The notes under the pieces were generated by a model. That model had not been told where the DNA came from and made no database searches. It worked only from the letters and a program-made list of their open reading frames with translations. From Candidatus Bathyarchaeota archaeon (lineage in GTDB: Archaea; Thermoproteota; Bathyarchaeia; TCS64), in NCBI GenBank assembly GCA_043826455.1, contig JBDRQD010000023.1, positions 1 through 12,592 of the forward strand: 12,592 bases of DNA, in the 5' to 3' direction. The position numbers were made by a program, and so were the translations under genes. The stretch's first letter is position 1. The number at the start of each line of letters is the position of its first letter. Positions 1-8,255 of the stretch are shown here, piece after piece.

Positions 1-867
1 GTCCGCAACTGCGTAAAGGAGAAGCTCATCGTCTGCATCAACGGGGACTTCGGTAAAAGGTTCGCCGAGGTGGCCAGAAGCAACGGCAGGGAGGTGGTGG
101 AGGTGGTGCCCGAGCTGGGCCACCCGGTGACGCCCGAAATGCTCAAGAAAGCCATTGAGGCCGAGCCCGACGTGGAGGCCGTGGCCATCACCCACAACGA
201 GACCAGCGTGGGCATCATCAACAAGCTCCCCGACCTCACCAAGGTGTGCAAGAGGCATGATAAGCTTGTCTTCGTGGACGCCGTCAGCAGCATGGGGGGC
301 ACAGAGATCAAGACCGACGCGTGGGGCATCGACATCTGCTTCAGCAGCAGCCAGAAGTGCTTCGGCGTCCCCCCCGGCCTGGGCATCGGCTCCGTCAGCG
401 AAGCAGCCCTAGACGTATCAGAGACCATGCCCAACAAGGGCTGGTACTTCGACCTCAAGCTCTGGGAGAAGGACCACAGGGACGGCAAGGGCACCCCCGT
501 CACCAGCGCCATCCCCCAGGTGGCGGGCCTCAACGCAGCCCTCAAGATGATCCAGGGCAAAGGCGGCAAGAGGTGGTACTTCGACCTCTACAGGAAGCGG
601 AACACGGCCATCAGGAAGGGCATCGAGAGGCTGGGCCTCAGCACCTACCCCCAGAAGGGGTACGAGAGCCCCACCGTGAGCTGCATCAACGCCCCGGCGA
701 AGATGGATGGCCCTAGCGTCTACAAGGAGATGAGGGGCAAGGGCTTCGAGCTGGCCCAGGGCTACGGGGCGTTGAAGGACACGACCTTCAGGATCGGCAA
801 CATGGGCTGGATACCCGAGGAGTACATCGACGAGATGCTGGCGGCGCTGGCCCAGGTAGTATCTTAA
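1..867 (+). CDS. PLP-dependent class V aminotransferase (serine-pyruvate/alanine-glyoxylate aminotransferase-like), 5'-truncated by the window edge
   Basis: Frame is open from base 1 (VRNCVKEKLIVCINGDFGKRF...). Class V motifs NGxFGxRF, THNETSVG, VDAVSSMGG, SSSQKCFGVPPG (PLP lysine) and FRIGNMG. The GTG at 70 is internal, not the true start. Confidence 0.92.
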   Translation, partial: VRNCVKEKLIVCINGDFGKRFAEVARSNGREVVEVVPELGHPVTPEMLKKAIEAEPDVEAVAITHNETSVGIINKLPDLTKVCKRHDKLVFVDAVSSMGGTEIKTDAWGIDICFSSSQKCFGVPPGLGIGSVSEAALDVSETMPNKGWYFDLKLWEKDHRDGKGTPVTSAIPQVAGLNAALKMIQGKGGKRWYFDLYRKRNTAIRKGIERLGLSTYPQKGYESPTVSCINAPAKMDGPSVYKEMRGKGFELAQGYGALKDTTFRIGNMGWIPEEYIDEMLAALAQVVS

Positions 868-870
868 CCC

Positions 871-878
871 TTTTTCTT
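871..878 (+). terminator. Possible archaeal oligo-T terminator
   Basis: TTTTTCTT lies 3 nt after the aminotransferase TAA in otherwise GC-rich DNA. Confidence 0.45.
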
Positions 879-916
879 ATCATACCGGGGTAAGCTAAGG
901 CTGCCTCCGTGGCTCA

Positions 917-943
917 ACGCACATCATTTAACTGTGCGTACGC
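917..943. promoter_or_regulatory. Inverted repeat around an AT-rich core upstream of the MFS gene (possible operator/promoter)
   Basis: ACGCACA(917-923)-tcatttaac-TGTGCGT(933-939) is a perfect 7-bp inverted repeat. It overlaps the palindrome GCGTACGC (936-943). Confidence 0.4.
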
Positions 944-977
944 TAAATCACGTTACACCTAGAGGCCGGTGATGCGC

Positions 978-2219
978 ATGGTAGGACTCTCAGCCAGGCT
1001 CAGGGACGAGTTCGGCTTCCTCAGGGGGAACCTGCTGGTGCTCATAACCAGCTACGTCATCTTCGGTTTCACCACGGGCCTCTTCAACCCCTTCAGGAGC
1101 CTATACATACGGGAGCTGGGGGCCTCGCCACTTGTCCTGGGCCTCATGAGCTCCCTTGGCTCGGTGATCCTGGCCATCATCAGGGTCCCGGGGGCGTACA
1201 TCGCCGACAGGTACGGCCGCAGGAACATCATTGTCTTGTTCACATTCGGCGCGGCCCTCAGCTACGGGTTCTATGTCATCGCCCCCGACTGGAGGCTCAT
1301 CCTAGTGGCGGTGGTGGTATCCAACCTCAGTCACATCTACCAGCCGGCCTTGGAGGCCATCGAGGCCGACTCCATGCCCCCAGAGAAGCGTGGCCTGGGC
1401 TACATGCTCGTCTGGTGGCTGCCCGGTGCCCCCGGCCTCTTCGCGCCCGCCATCTCCGGGTACATGGTGGAGAGGTACGGTCTGGTCCCCGGTATGAGGA
1501 TGGTGTACGTGGTGGTGTTCGTCAGCGCGCTGACGATAGCCCTGATCAGGTGGCGTTACCTGAAGGAAACCATGGCGGAGAGCGCAGCCCTAGGGCTCAG
1601 GGAGCTGAGCTCCGCCTTCAGGGAGGCGGCGGGTTCCATAAGGGAGGCGTGGTTGGAGATGGGCAGGGAGATATGGTTCCTGGCGGCGGTCCTGCTGCTC
1701 GTCAGCTTCGAGAACCCCCTGTACAACCTATACTACGCGCTCTATGCGGTGGACGTCGTCGGCGTCTCGGCCATGGAATGGGGGATGGTGTCCATAATCG
1801 GTACGGCGGCCATGAGCCTGGTGGGAATCCCGGCTGGGAAGCTCATCGACAGGATCGGGCGGAGGAAGTCCATGCTCCTGGCCTACGCGTTCTCGCTGCC
1901 AGCCCTCATAGCCTTCACAGTGATAAGGGGATTCACCCAGATGGTGGTAGTGAACATCTCCTTCCTGATATGCAACTCGTTGCTGTTCCCCTCAATAATG
2001 GCGCTCCAGGCGGACCTGGTGCCCCAGGAGAGGCGGGGAAGGATAATGGGCCTCATGGGGACCCTAAGGAGCCTGGCCATGGTCCCGGCGGGCATCATAT
2101 TCGGGCTCCTGTACGAGGTGAACCGGGCCTACCCCTACTATGTAGGCGTCCTAGTCGAGGTGGCCATCATCCTCGTGATACTATTCTTCATCAAGGAGCC
2201 TGAGATGAGGGAAAGGTGA
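978..2219 (+). CDS. Major facilitator superfamily transporter
   Basis: About 12 hydrophobic segments. MFS motif A occurs twice (GAYIADRYGRR; GKLIDRIGRRK), plus the loop motifs PPEKRG and PQERRG. Start chosen at ATG 978 behind GGTGA (968-972); 969 and 972 are alternatives. Confidence 0.93.
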   Translation: MVGLSARLRDEFGFLRGNLLVLITSYVIFGFTTGLFNPFRSLYIRELGASPLVLGLMSSLGSVILAIIRVPGAYIADRYGRRNIIVLFTFGAALSYGFYVIAPDWRLILVAVVVSNLSHIYQPALEAIEADSMPPEKRGLGYMLVWWLPGAPGLFAPAISGYMVERYGLVPGMRMVYVVVFVSALTIALIRWRYLKETMAESAALGLRELSSAFREAAGSIREAWLEMGREIWFLAAVLLLVSFENPLYNLYYALYAVDVVGVSAMEWGMVSIIGTAAMSLVGIPAGKLIDRIGRRKSMLLAYAFSLPALIAFTVIRGFTQMVVVNISFLICNSLLFPSIMALQADLVPQERRGRIMGLMGTLRSLAMVPAGIIFGLLYEVNRAYPYYVGVLVEVAIILVILFFIKEPEMRER

Positions 2220-2222
2220 GGG

Positions 2223-2777
2223 TCACCTTTTCACGGACTCGTCCCCCAGGGCCCGGGCCCTCCTCATGAGAGCTTCGTCGGACCTAGCCGAGCCTGGAGA
2301 AGATGTGCCTGGCGCCCTGATGGTGGCTAGGCGCCTCATCCCCAGGTAGGATGCGATGGACTCCAGCATCTCCACTGTGGTGTCCGAGTAGCTGGAGCCG
2401 CCCCCCGAGGGCACCACAAGAACCACCTTCTTGCCTCTGAACAGGGCCTTGTCCACGCCGTACCACCGGTCTATGAAGGCCTTCGTCTGAGCGGTGGGCC
2501 CCCACCAGTAGACGGGTGTACCTAGGACCCAGACGCTGCTCAGCCTCATCTTCTCCAAGACTCCGTTGAAGTCGTCCTTCTTGGGGCATGGGCTTCCGCC
2601 GCGGCAAGCGTCACAGGCGTCGCAGGGGCGGATGTCTAAATCGCTGAAGCGCACCTTCTCGGTGGGGGCTCCAGCCTCCGATGCGCCTCTCAGCACCTCG
2701 TCCACAAGGGTATCCGTGTTGCCTCCCCGGCGAGGACTGCCCACGAGGCCTAATACATGTACCTGTTTCTTGCTCAT
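2223..2777 (-). CDS. Iron-sulfur flavoprotein (Isf)-like / NADPH-dependent FMN reductase family flavodoxin
   Basis: GSPRRGGNT FMN loop, compact CxxCxxC-x5-C cluster (CDACDACRGGSPC), GTPVYWW and KAFIDR. ATGA overlap with the upstream LLM gene. Confidence 0.9.
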   Translation of the reverse strand: MSKKQVHVLGLVGSPRRGGNTDTLVDEVLRGASEAGAPTEKVRFSDLDIRPCDACDACRGGSPCPKKDDFNGVLEKMRLSSVWVLGTPVYWWGPTAQTKAFIDRWYGVDKALFRGKKVVLVVPSGGGSSYSDTTVEMLESIASYLGMRRLATIRAPGTSSPGSARSDEALMRRARALGDESVKR

Positions 2778-3736
2778 GGCTTCACCGCCTCCACGTCCGC
2801 CACGGCGGGGACAACCTCAAGGCCTATCCTCTCAATGGGCTTGACTTTGTGAGCGTCAGGCATGTTGAATACCACGTGGTCTACCCCCAGCCCGGCCATC
2901 TCCCTGCAGAGGGCCGCGATCTGGCTTGTGGTCATGGCGTCTGGGCCAACCTTCACAGTAGCCAGCACGGTAACCTCAATCTCATCCAGGCTCCTGCCCA
3001 GGGCGTCACAGAGGCGCCTCAGCTTCCTCATCTTCCGGGTTATCCTCTCCACCCTGTTAGCGTACCAGTCGTGGATGACCGGCGGGTAGCCCTCGACGGG
3101 GCCGCCTATGTGGAAGTTACACATGTCGCAGTGCCGGGCTATGAGCCGGAGCAGCCTGCTCTCGCCGTCTCCGCCTACCAGGATCGGAGGGTGAGGTTTA
3201 GTCAGGGGAGGGGGGCTGAGGATGGGGGCCTCCAGGTGGTAGTGCTTACCCTTGAAGGGCTCCCTGCTGCCGCTCCACATGTGTCTAGCTATCATGAGGG
3301 CCTCCTCTAGCCTACTGAAACGTTCGCCTACGGTCTCCGGCCATGGGACACCCAGGCCCCTGGCCTCGTACTTGTGCCAGCCGGCGCCCATGCCCAGGAT
3401 GGCGCGGCCCGCCGATAGAATATCCAAGCTGGTCACCTGCTTCACCAAGACACCTGGGTGCCTGTACACGTTTCCGGTGACCATGGCACCTAGCTTCACC
3501 CGTCGGGTGACCCCGGCCATGTAACTGAGGGTAGCGTAGGCCTCCATGGTGGGGGCGTCTACCTTGACTGCTTCCGGGGGCCCGAAGCCGCGTCCCAGCT
3601 GGTAGAAGTGATCCATGATCCAGAGGCTGCTGAAGCCGGTCTGGTCGGCGGTCTCTGTCATCTCTCTGACCTTTTGGCCTATGTCGCCTGGGCTTCCAGG
3701 CCAGTGGAAGTGGTACAGCTGTAATCCTATCTTCAT
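2774..3736 (-). CDS. Luciferase-like (LLM) class, probably F420-dependent, oxidoreductase
   Basis: GFSSLWIMDHFYQ, VTGNVYRHPGVLVK, LDILSAGRAILGMGAGW and PHPPILVGGDGE. Start MKIGLQ at 3736 follows a GGTGA SD (3742-3746). Confidence 0.9.
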   Translation of the reverse strand: MKIGLQLYHFHWPGSPGDIGQKVREMTETADQTGFSSLWIMDHFYQLGRGFGPPEAVKVDAPTMEAYATLSYMAGVTRRVKLGAMVTGNVYRHPGVLVKQVTSLDILSAGRAILGMGAGWHKYEARGLGVPWPETVGERFSRLEEALMIARHMWSGSREPFKGKHYHLEAPILSPPPLTKPHPPILVGGDGESRLLRLIARHCDMCNFHIGGPVEGYPPVIHDWYANRVERITRKMRKLRRLCDALGRSLDEIEVTVLATVKVGPDAMTTSQIAALCREMAGLGVDHVVFNMPDAHKVKPIERIGLEVVPAVADVEAVKP

Positions 3737-3745
3737 ATGCTTCAC

Positions 3746-4945
3746 CTAGTAGAATGTGGGCTGTCTTTCGAAGACCCTGTTGGGTGCCTGCATGTTCACC
3801 GTCTCCTCCGGGGGAAGTATCTCCTCCAGCGTGTAGTCTCTGCTGCCCAGGCCCAGCTTCTCTCCGTAGCCGCAGACCAGGTAGGGGTCCTTCCAGGCCC
3901 CCCAGAGCCGTTGGAAGGGGTGGAGTGGAGCCTCAGGGTCCAGGTTGGTCTTTTTGATGTAGGGGGGTATCATCTGGGGTATGAGGCCGGCGCGGGCCAC
4001 TAGGTCCAGGGCGGCCTGCTCCACGGCCACTATGTCCCTGCCGGCTACTATGCCTATGTCGGGGACCACGGGCGGCGAGATGAGGCCGGGGCAGTCGCAC
4101 TGGGGGGTTATGTCCAGTAGGAAGCCCAGGTGGAACACCTTGTCGCCGCTGAAGGTCTCCAGTATCTTCCCTGTGGCCACTGCCATGAGTTCCTGGAAGG
4201 CGGCGAAGTTGGCCTGGGTGAGACTGAGGGCTCCTACATCCCTGTCAGCCTCTATGCACTCCAGGCAGTTTCCGTTCATGCACTCGTACCAGAGGTTGGT
4301 GAGGGTCCTCTTCTCGGGGTCGTACCTGAGGGCGCCGCAGGGGCAAGCCTTTTCCAGCTTCTCGGCGTGGCCCGAGGTGAGCTTCTCGGGGCTGTACCAG
4401 GGTACGCTGTCCTCGACCCCGTGGATCTTGTGCCACCTGTCCTCTCCGCAGTAGCCGCCCAGGGCTAGGTTCTTGAAGGCGCCGCCGTAGCCGCAGGTCT
4501 GGTGGCCCTTGACGTGGACCAGGTTGATGAGGGCGTCGGCGTCGTGGAGGGCGCCGCCCATGTTCATCTTGTCCACTGTGCGGTACCCTATCATGGTCTC
4601 GTAGCGGTACCCGTCCTTGACCCCGGACACGGGGATGATGGGGCAGCCGCAGGTCTCCTGGGTGTAGCCCCTGTCCACGGCGTTGTAGACGGCCGTGGGG
4701 TTGTCGGTGACGAAAGGATATGCGCCCACGTCCTTGAGGCGCTTGACCAGGCGTCGGACGAAGAAGACGGGGACGGTCTGGAACCCGTCCCGGAAGCCCA
4801 GGTGCATCTTGACGGCCACCTTGTCCCCCTTGGATATGGTGCTTAGGTCGAGGCGGGTCATCATCTCCTCGTACTTGGCCGCCAGGGAAGCGAAGTGGGC
4901 GGACTGGCCGTGGACTATGGAGCCGTAGTAGACTGTGGACCTCAC
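3746..4945 (-). CDS. DUF362-type Fe-S protein with internal ferredoxin-like segment
   Basis: GDKVAVKMHLG, HVKGH..CGYGGAFKNLALG, DITPQCDC and DIGIVAGRDIVAVEQAALD. GTG start at 4945 overlaps the AKR TGA (GTGA) and has GGAGG 8 nt upstream. The ORF-track extension to 5185 lies inside the AKR gene. Confidence 0.85.
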   Translation of the reverse strand: MRSTVYYGSIVHGQSAHFASLAAKYEEMMTRLDLSTISKGDKVAVKMHLGFRDGFQTVPVFFVRRLVKRLKDVGAYPFVTDNPTAVYNAVDRGYTQETCGCPIIPVSGVKDGYRYETMIGYRTVDKMNMGGALHDADALINLVHVKGHQTCGYGGAFKNLALGGYCGEDRWHKIHGVEDSVPWYSPEKLTSGHAEKLEKACPCGALRYDPEKRTLTNLWYECMNGNCLECIEADRDVGALSLTQANFAAFQELMAVATGKILETFSGDKVFHLGFLLDITPQCDCPGLISPPVVPDIGIVAGRDIVAVEQAALDLVARAGLIPQMIPPYIKKTNLDPEAPLHPFQRLWGAWKDPYLVCGYGEKLGLGSRDYTLEEILPPEETVNMQAPNRVFERQPTFY

Positions 4946-5967
4946 TTCTCTGCCTCCGCGATCTGTTTGTAGTAGGCGTGGTTCTCCTGGATGAGCTCGC
5001 GTATGGGGAGGCTGTAGGGGCACCGCTCCTCGCACTCGCCGCACTGGACACAGCTGGTGGCGGTCTCCGCGGATTTGCCGAAGGCCTTTATGACCTTGTC
5101 TCTGGGCCACAGCCTGAATAGGTTCTTCATGTAGGTGAGGAGCCATATCTCGACGCCGTGGGGGCAGGGCATGCAGTACATGCACTGGCGGCAGAACCGG
5201 TTGCCCAGCTGGTCGCGGAGGGCGTCCATGGCGGCCCAGTCATCCTTGGTTAGGATGACGCCCGCCTCCGCCAAGTCCGCTATCTGGTCCACCTCCTCCA
5301 GGTGCTCGACGCCCGGGTCGGGGACCACGCCGGGGTGGCTGAGGGAGTAGCCGAGGGCTAGCCTGGCGTCCTGGATGTTGCCCCCCGCGAAGGGCTTCAT
5401 GCCGATGAAGCCGACGTTGTGCTTGCGGGCGAGGGGGACCAGCTCGGGGGCCGCCTCCCGGGCTATGAAGTTGAAGGGGAACTGGACGGTCTCGAATAGG
5501 CCGGACTCCACGCCCTTTATAGCGGTCTCCAGGTTGTGGGTGCTGAAGCCCAGGTGGAGTATCTTGCCCTCCTCCTTGGCCTGGTGGGCGGCCTCCAGGG
5601 GGCCGCCGGGGGCGGTGACGGCCTGGAGGGCCTGGGGGTCCCGGATGTTGTGGAACTGCCAGAGGTCTATGTGGTCGGTGTTGAGGCGTTTTAGGCTCTG
5701 GTCTATGTGCTGCTGGGCGGTGGCCTTGTCGCGCCACGTGCCCTTGGTGGCTAGGAGCACCTGGTCTCTGCGTCCCTGGATGGCCTTGCCTATGATGATC
5801 TCGCTGTCGCCGTAGGCTATGCTGGTGTCTATGAGATTGATGCCGCGGTCCAGGGCCCTGTTTATTACCTTCTTGGCTTCCTCCAGGGTTGGCCGCTGGA
5901 TGGGTATGCCTCCCATGGCGACGCGGCTGACCTTGAGGCCGGTTCGTCCTAGGGTTACCTTCTTCAT
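4942..5967 (-). CDS. Aldo/keto reductase with C-terminal 4Fe-4S dicluster
   Basis: LGRTGLKVS, IDTSIAYGDSE (catalytic Asp/Tyr), LATK, SLKRLNTDHIDLWQFH, GFSTH and MKPFAGG. C-terminal CRQCMYCMPCP and CVQCGECEERCP. Start MKKVTLG at 5967 behind AGGAG. Confidence 0.93.
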   Translation of the reverse strand: MKKVTLGRTGLKVSRVAMGGIPIQRPTLEEAKKVINRALDRGINLIDTSIAYGDSEIIIGKAIQGRRDQVLLATKGTWRDKATAQQHIDQSLKRLNTDHIDLWQFHNIRDPQALQAVTAPGGPLEAAHQAKEEGKILHLGFSTHNLETAIKGVESGLFETVQFPFNFIAREAAPELVPLARKHNVGFIGMKPFAGGNIQDARLALGYSLSHPGVVPDPGVEHLEEVDQIADLAEAGVILTKDDWAAMDALRDQLGNRFCRQCMYCMPCPHGVEIWLLTYMKNLFRLWPRDKVIKAFGKSAETATSCVQCGECEERCPYSLPIRELIQENHAYYKQIAEAEK

Positions 5968-6040
5968 GGGTGTTCTTCTCCTGGGGGCGGTGATAAACGG
6001 TTCTGAGGGTGGAGCCTCAATTTTATGCACCCGTGGATAG

Positions 6041-6490
6041 TTATTTGGCTGCGGCTGCCAGGTCACGGCCCAGCTGTCTGCACTTCTCCAGCACTTTCTC
6101 GGTGGGGCGGCCGTAGGACTCGACGGGCTCGCCTATGATGGGGCCTAGGCGTTTGAATAGGCTGACCAGAGGCTGTTTGACTTTGCCTCCTCCTCCGTGG
6201 CTGTAGAAGAGGGCTATGGGTTTGTTGAAGAGGCCCTGGGTGCCCCGCTGTTCCTCTATGTAGTGGTCGTCGAGGAACATCTTGATGCCTCCGGCGGGGT
6301 AGCTAAAGTAGTCTGGGGTGCCGATGGCTACGCATGTGTATCTGGGGTAGGTTGAGCAGTCCAGTCGGTCGTGGTTGGTGTTGAGGGTGACCACCTGGTG
6401 GCCGGCTTCTTTGAGGCTTTCTGCCACTGCCTGGGCCATGGCTTCTGTGTTGCCGTGTTCCTGGCTGTGGTATATGACCAGTGCTTTCAT
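6041..6490 (-). CDS. Short-chain flavodoxin-domain protein
   Basis: IYHSQEHGNTEAMAQAVA FMN loop, IGTPDYF, SHGGGG and C-terminal CRQLGRDLA. Confidence 0.88.
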   Translation of the reverse strand: MKALVIYHSQEHGNTEAMAQAVAESLKEAGHQVVTLNTNHDRLDCSTYPRYTCVAIGTPDYFSYPAGGIKMFLDDHYIEEQRGTQGLFNKPIALFYSHGGGGKVKQPLVSLFKRLGPIIGEPVESYGRPTEKVLEKCRQLGRDLAAAAK

Positions 6491-6609
6491 GGTTGATCCT
6501 TGTTTGGGGGGGTATTTATTCTTTTGGATTCCATACGATTATTTGGTTTTTATAACGTTTGTTAATGCCCTCGTTAATCTTTTTAGCCTGTGGCGCGGAA
6601 CTGTACACC

Positions 6610-6894
6610 ATGGAGGAGCACCTGAACCGGCTGCTGGGGCCCAGCATTTTCCTGCTTATTCTGGACATGATGCTGGGGGACCCGTGCCAGTGGATGAACC
6701 TCCGGGAGATCGCCAGGCGCATCGATAAGAACCCGGGGAGCGTGTCGCCGGTGATGCCTGGGCTGGTGGAGCGGGGCCTGGTGGAGGACTGTAAGGTGGG
6801 GAAGGTGTCGGTGGTCTACAGGCTGAGGACAGATGATCCTCGGGTGCAGGCGCTCATGAGGCTTAAGGAGAGCCTTAGGGGCTCTGAGGGTTAG
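6610..6894 (+). CDS. Small winged helix-turn-helix transcriptional regulator (ArsR/MarR-like)
   Basis: NLREIARRIDKNPGSVSPVMPGLVERGLVE..KVGKVSVVYRL has an HTH plus wing pattern. ATG 6610 lies ~25 nt after a TTTTTA box. Divergent from the flavodoxin gene. Confidence 0.8.
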   Translation: MEEHLNRLLGPSIFLLILDMMLGDPCQWMNLREIARRIDKNPGSVSPVMPGLVERGLVEDCKVGKVSVVYRLRTDDPRVQALMRLKESLRGSEG

Positions 6895-7559
6895 AGTAGC
6901 TGTATCAGGGTTATGGCTTTTGTTGGGCAGGCGGTGACGCAGAGGCCGCAGCCGAAGCAGAGGTCCTTGTTGTAGTGAAGCTTGCCGTCGGCGAGGTTTC
7001 TGGCGTCGAAGTGGCATCTGTCTACGCAGGCGCCGCAGGAGGTACAGGCTGAGGCGTCGGTGGCTGTGGTGGCGATGGACTTGAGGAGGTGGACGTCCTT
7101 TCCGAGCTTGAGGCTGACGCCGAGGGTGCCGCAGCTGCAGCTGCAGCAGTTGCAGATGAAGTTGACGCCCTGAGGGTTGGGGGTGTCGGTTCTGATGTAG
7201 GCCATGGGGACCAGGCCGGCCCTGTGGGCCTCCTCGACTATGTTGAGGGCTTCCTCGACGGAAGCCTCGCGGGCGGAGCCTCGGTCTATGAACTTATTGG
7301 CGGCGTCGTTGAGGGTGAGGCAGTTGTCGACGGGGTGATCGCAGTTTTTGCGTTTGGTGCGGCAGCTGCAGGGCATGACGGCTATCTTCTGGGCTCGGGT
7401 GAGGTAGCGTTTGACGCTGTCGGTGTTGAGTACGGTGTTTTTGAGCTGGATCTCCTGGTATATGGGGAGGGCTATGCCGGCGGCTATGTGCTGTGAGTCG
7501 GCTATGGCGTTGGTTTGGTCGGTTTCGTCGATGAATGGGTGGGTGGGTTGTTTGGCCAT
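6891..7559 (-). CDS. Cys-rich 4Fe-4S binding protein of unknown function
   Basis: PCSCR..C...C, EEAL..VEEAHRAGLV and ICNCCSCSC, followed by a ferredoxin dicluster (CTSCGACVDRC; CFGCGLCVTACP). Confidence 0.88.
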   Translation of the reverse strand: MAKQPTHPFIDETDQTNAIADSQHIAAGIALPIYQEIQLKNTVLNTDSVKRYLTRAQKIAVMPCSCRTKRKNCDHPVDNCLTLNDAANKFIDRGSAREASVEEALNIVEEAHRAGLVPMAYIRTDTPNPQGVNFICNCCSCSCGTLGVSLKLGKDVHLLKSIATTATDASACTSCGACVDRCHFDARNLADGKLHYNKDLCFGCGLCVTACPTKAITLIQLL

Positions 7560-7582
7560 GGTATCAGACGCAGTGAGGTGCG

Positions 7583-7596
7583 ATATAGGTTTTATC
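7583..7596 (-). promoter_or_regulatory. BRE/TATA-like promoter of the 4Fe-4S gene
   Basis: Minus strand GATAAAACCTATAT ~24 nt upstream of ATG 7559, consistent with a leaderless archaeal transcript. Confidence 0.5.
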
Positions 7597-7598
7597 AG

Positions 7599-7880
7599 CT
7601 AGTGTAGCTGGAATGATTGTTCGGGTGTTCGTGAAGCATTTGACCGCTTTCTATTCGCTTCACGTATTGCTAGTCTCTCTGCCTCTTTCCTCATCTCGGT
7701 GAAGGGTTCGGGTATGCTGAGTGAGCCCTTGAGGTCGTCCAGTGATTTGTGGGGTAGGGGTATGATCTTTAGGTGGTCGCCCGCGTTGAGGACGAGGACT
7801 TTCTTGGTGATCCCGGTCCTTTCTCGGTCCTTCTTTGGTAATGTGATCCTGCCTTTGGCGTCTATCTCGCAGATGCTCAT
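7599..7880 (-). CDS. AbrB/MazE/SpoVT-family DNA-binding protein (VapB-like antitoxin, no adjacent toxin)
   Basis: EIDAKGRITLPKKDRERTGI...LKIIP swapped-hairpin signature, followed by an LDDLKGSL...EAERLA tail typical of archaeal VapB-type antitoxins. Confidence 0.85.
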   Translation of the reverse strand: MSICEIDAKGRITLPKKDRERTGITKKVLVLNAGDHLKIIPLPHKSLDDLKGSLSIPEPFTEMRKEAERLAIREANRKRSNASRTPEQSFQLH

Positions 7881-7904
7881 CGAGTGGTTGGATGTTCCGA
7901 GGCG

Positions 7905-7919
7905 GATAAATTTTGTTTA
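7905..7919 (-). promoter_or_regulatory. BRE/TATA-like promoter of the AbrB gene
   Basis: Minus strand TAAACAAAATTTATC ~25 nt upstream of ATG 7880. Confidence 0.5.
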
Positions 7920-7982
7920 TTGCGGGGTGGGCTGGTTCTGGGTGACTGGTATGTTTTTTCGGGAGTGTGCCCGTTTTTTTGT

Positions 7983-8255
7983 TTATCGTCTGATGTTGAA
8001 GTCTCTGTACTCGCCTGTGGCGGCTGAGTTCTCTACGTTGATGCGGGTGACGTGGGACATGGTGGGGCCGTGGCTGCACCACGCTACCAGTTTTTCTATC
8101 TGGATCGGGTCGCCTTCGGCTACTATCTCCACTGAGCCGTCTGGCTGGTTGCGTGTGTAGCCTTTGAGGCCGTACTGGGTGGCTTTGCGTTTGGCGTTGG
8201 CTCGGTAGCCGACGCCTTGGACGCGGCCGTGGATGGTGATGGTGGCTCGGATCAT
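7983..8255 (-). CDS. acyP: Acylphosphatase (90 aa)
   Basis: The last 90 aa of the 385-aa track ORF: GRVQGVGYR (catalytic Arg), GYTRNQPDGSVEIVAEG (catalytic Asn) and WCSHGP. ATG 8255 overlaps the hypD stop (ATGA). Confidence 0.93.
   Translation of the reverse strand: MIRATITIHGRVQGVGYRANAKRKATQYGLKGYTRNQPDGSVEIVAEGDPIQIEKLVAWCSHGPTMSHVTRINVENSAATGEYRDFNIRR

Noticed and set aside
3736..3748. DUF362 amber stop (TAG) is in frame with the LLM gene, so pyrrolysine/amber read-through would fuse them
   Set aside because: The LLM gene has its own GGTGA SD and ATG at 3736, both proteins look complete, and an in-frame neighbour arises one time in three by chance.
4946..5185. N-terminal extension of the DUF362 ORF, and similar extensions of AKR (to 6066), hypD (to 9379) and the HTH gene (from 6559)
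   Set aside because: They overlap neighbouring genes or promoters, and better starts with SD or TATA support lie downstream.
6506..6512. G7 tract between the flavodoxin TATA-like box and start, as a possible phase-variation site
   Set aside because: Short, and G runs are common in this G-skewed region.
7131..7155. Short CAGCTG/GCA repeat
   Set aside because: It simply encodes the CNCCSCSC motif on the minus strand.
155..8160. Numerous overlapping or antisense ORFs (e.g. 1415-2203, 2681-3310, 4245-5051, 7699-8160)
   Set aside because: Shadow ORFs of GC-rich genes with low-complexity translations and no recognisable motifs.
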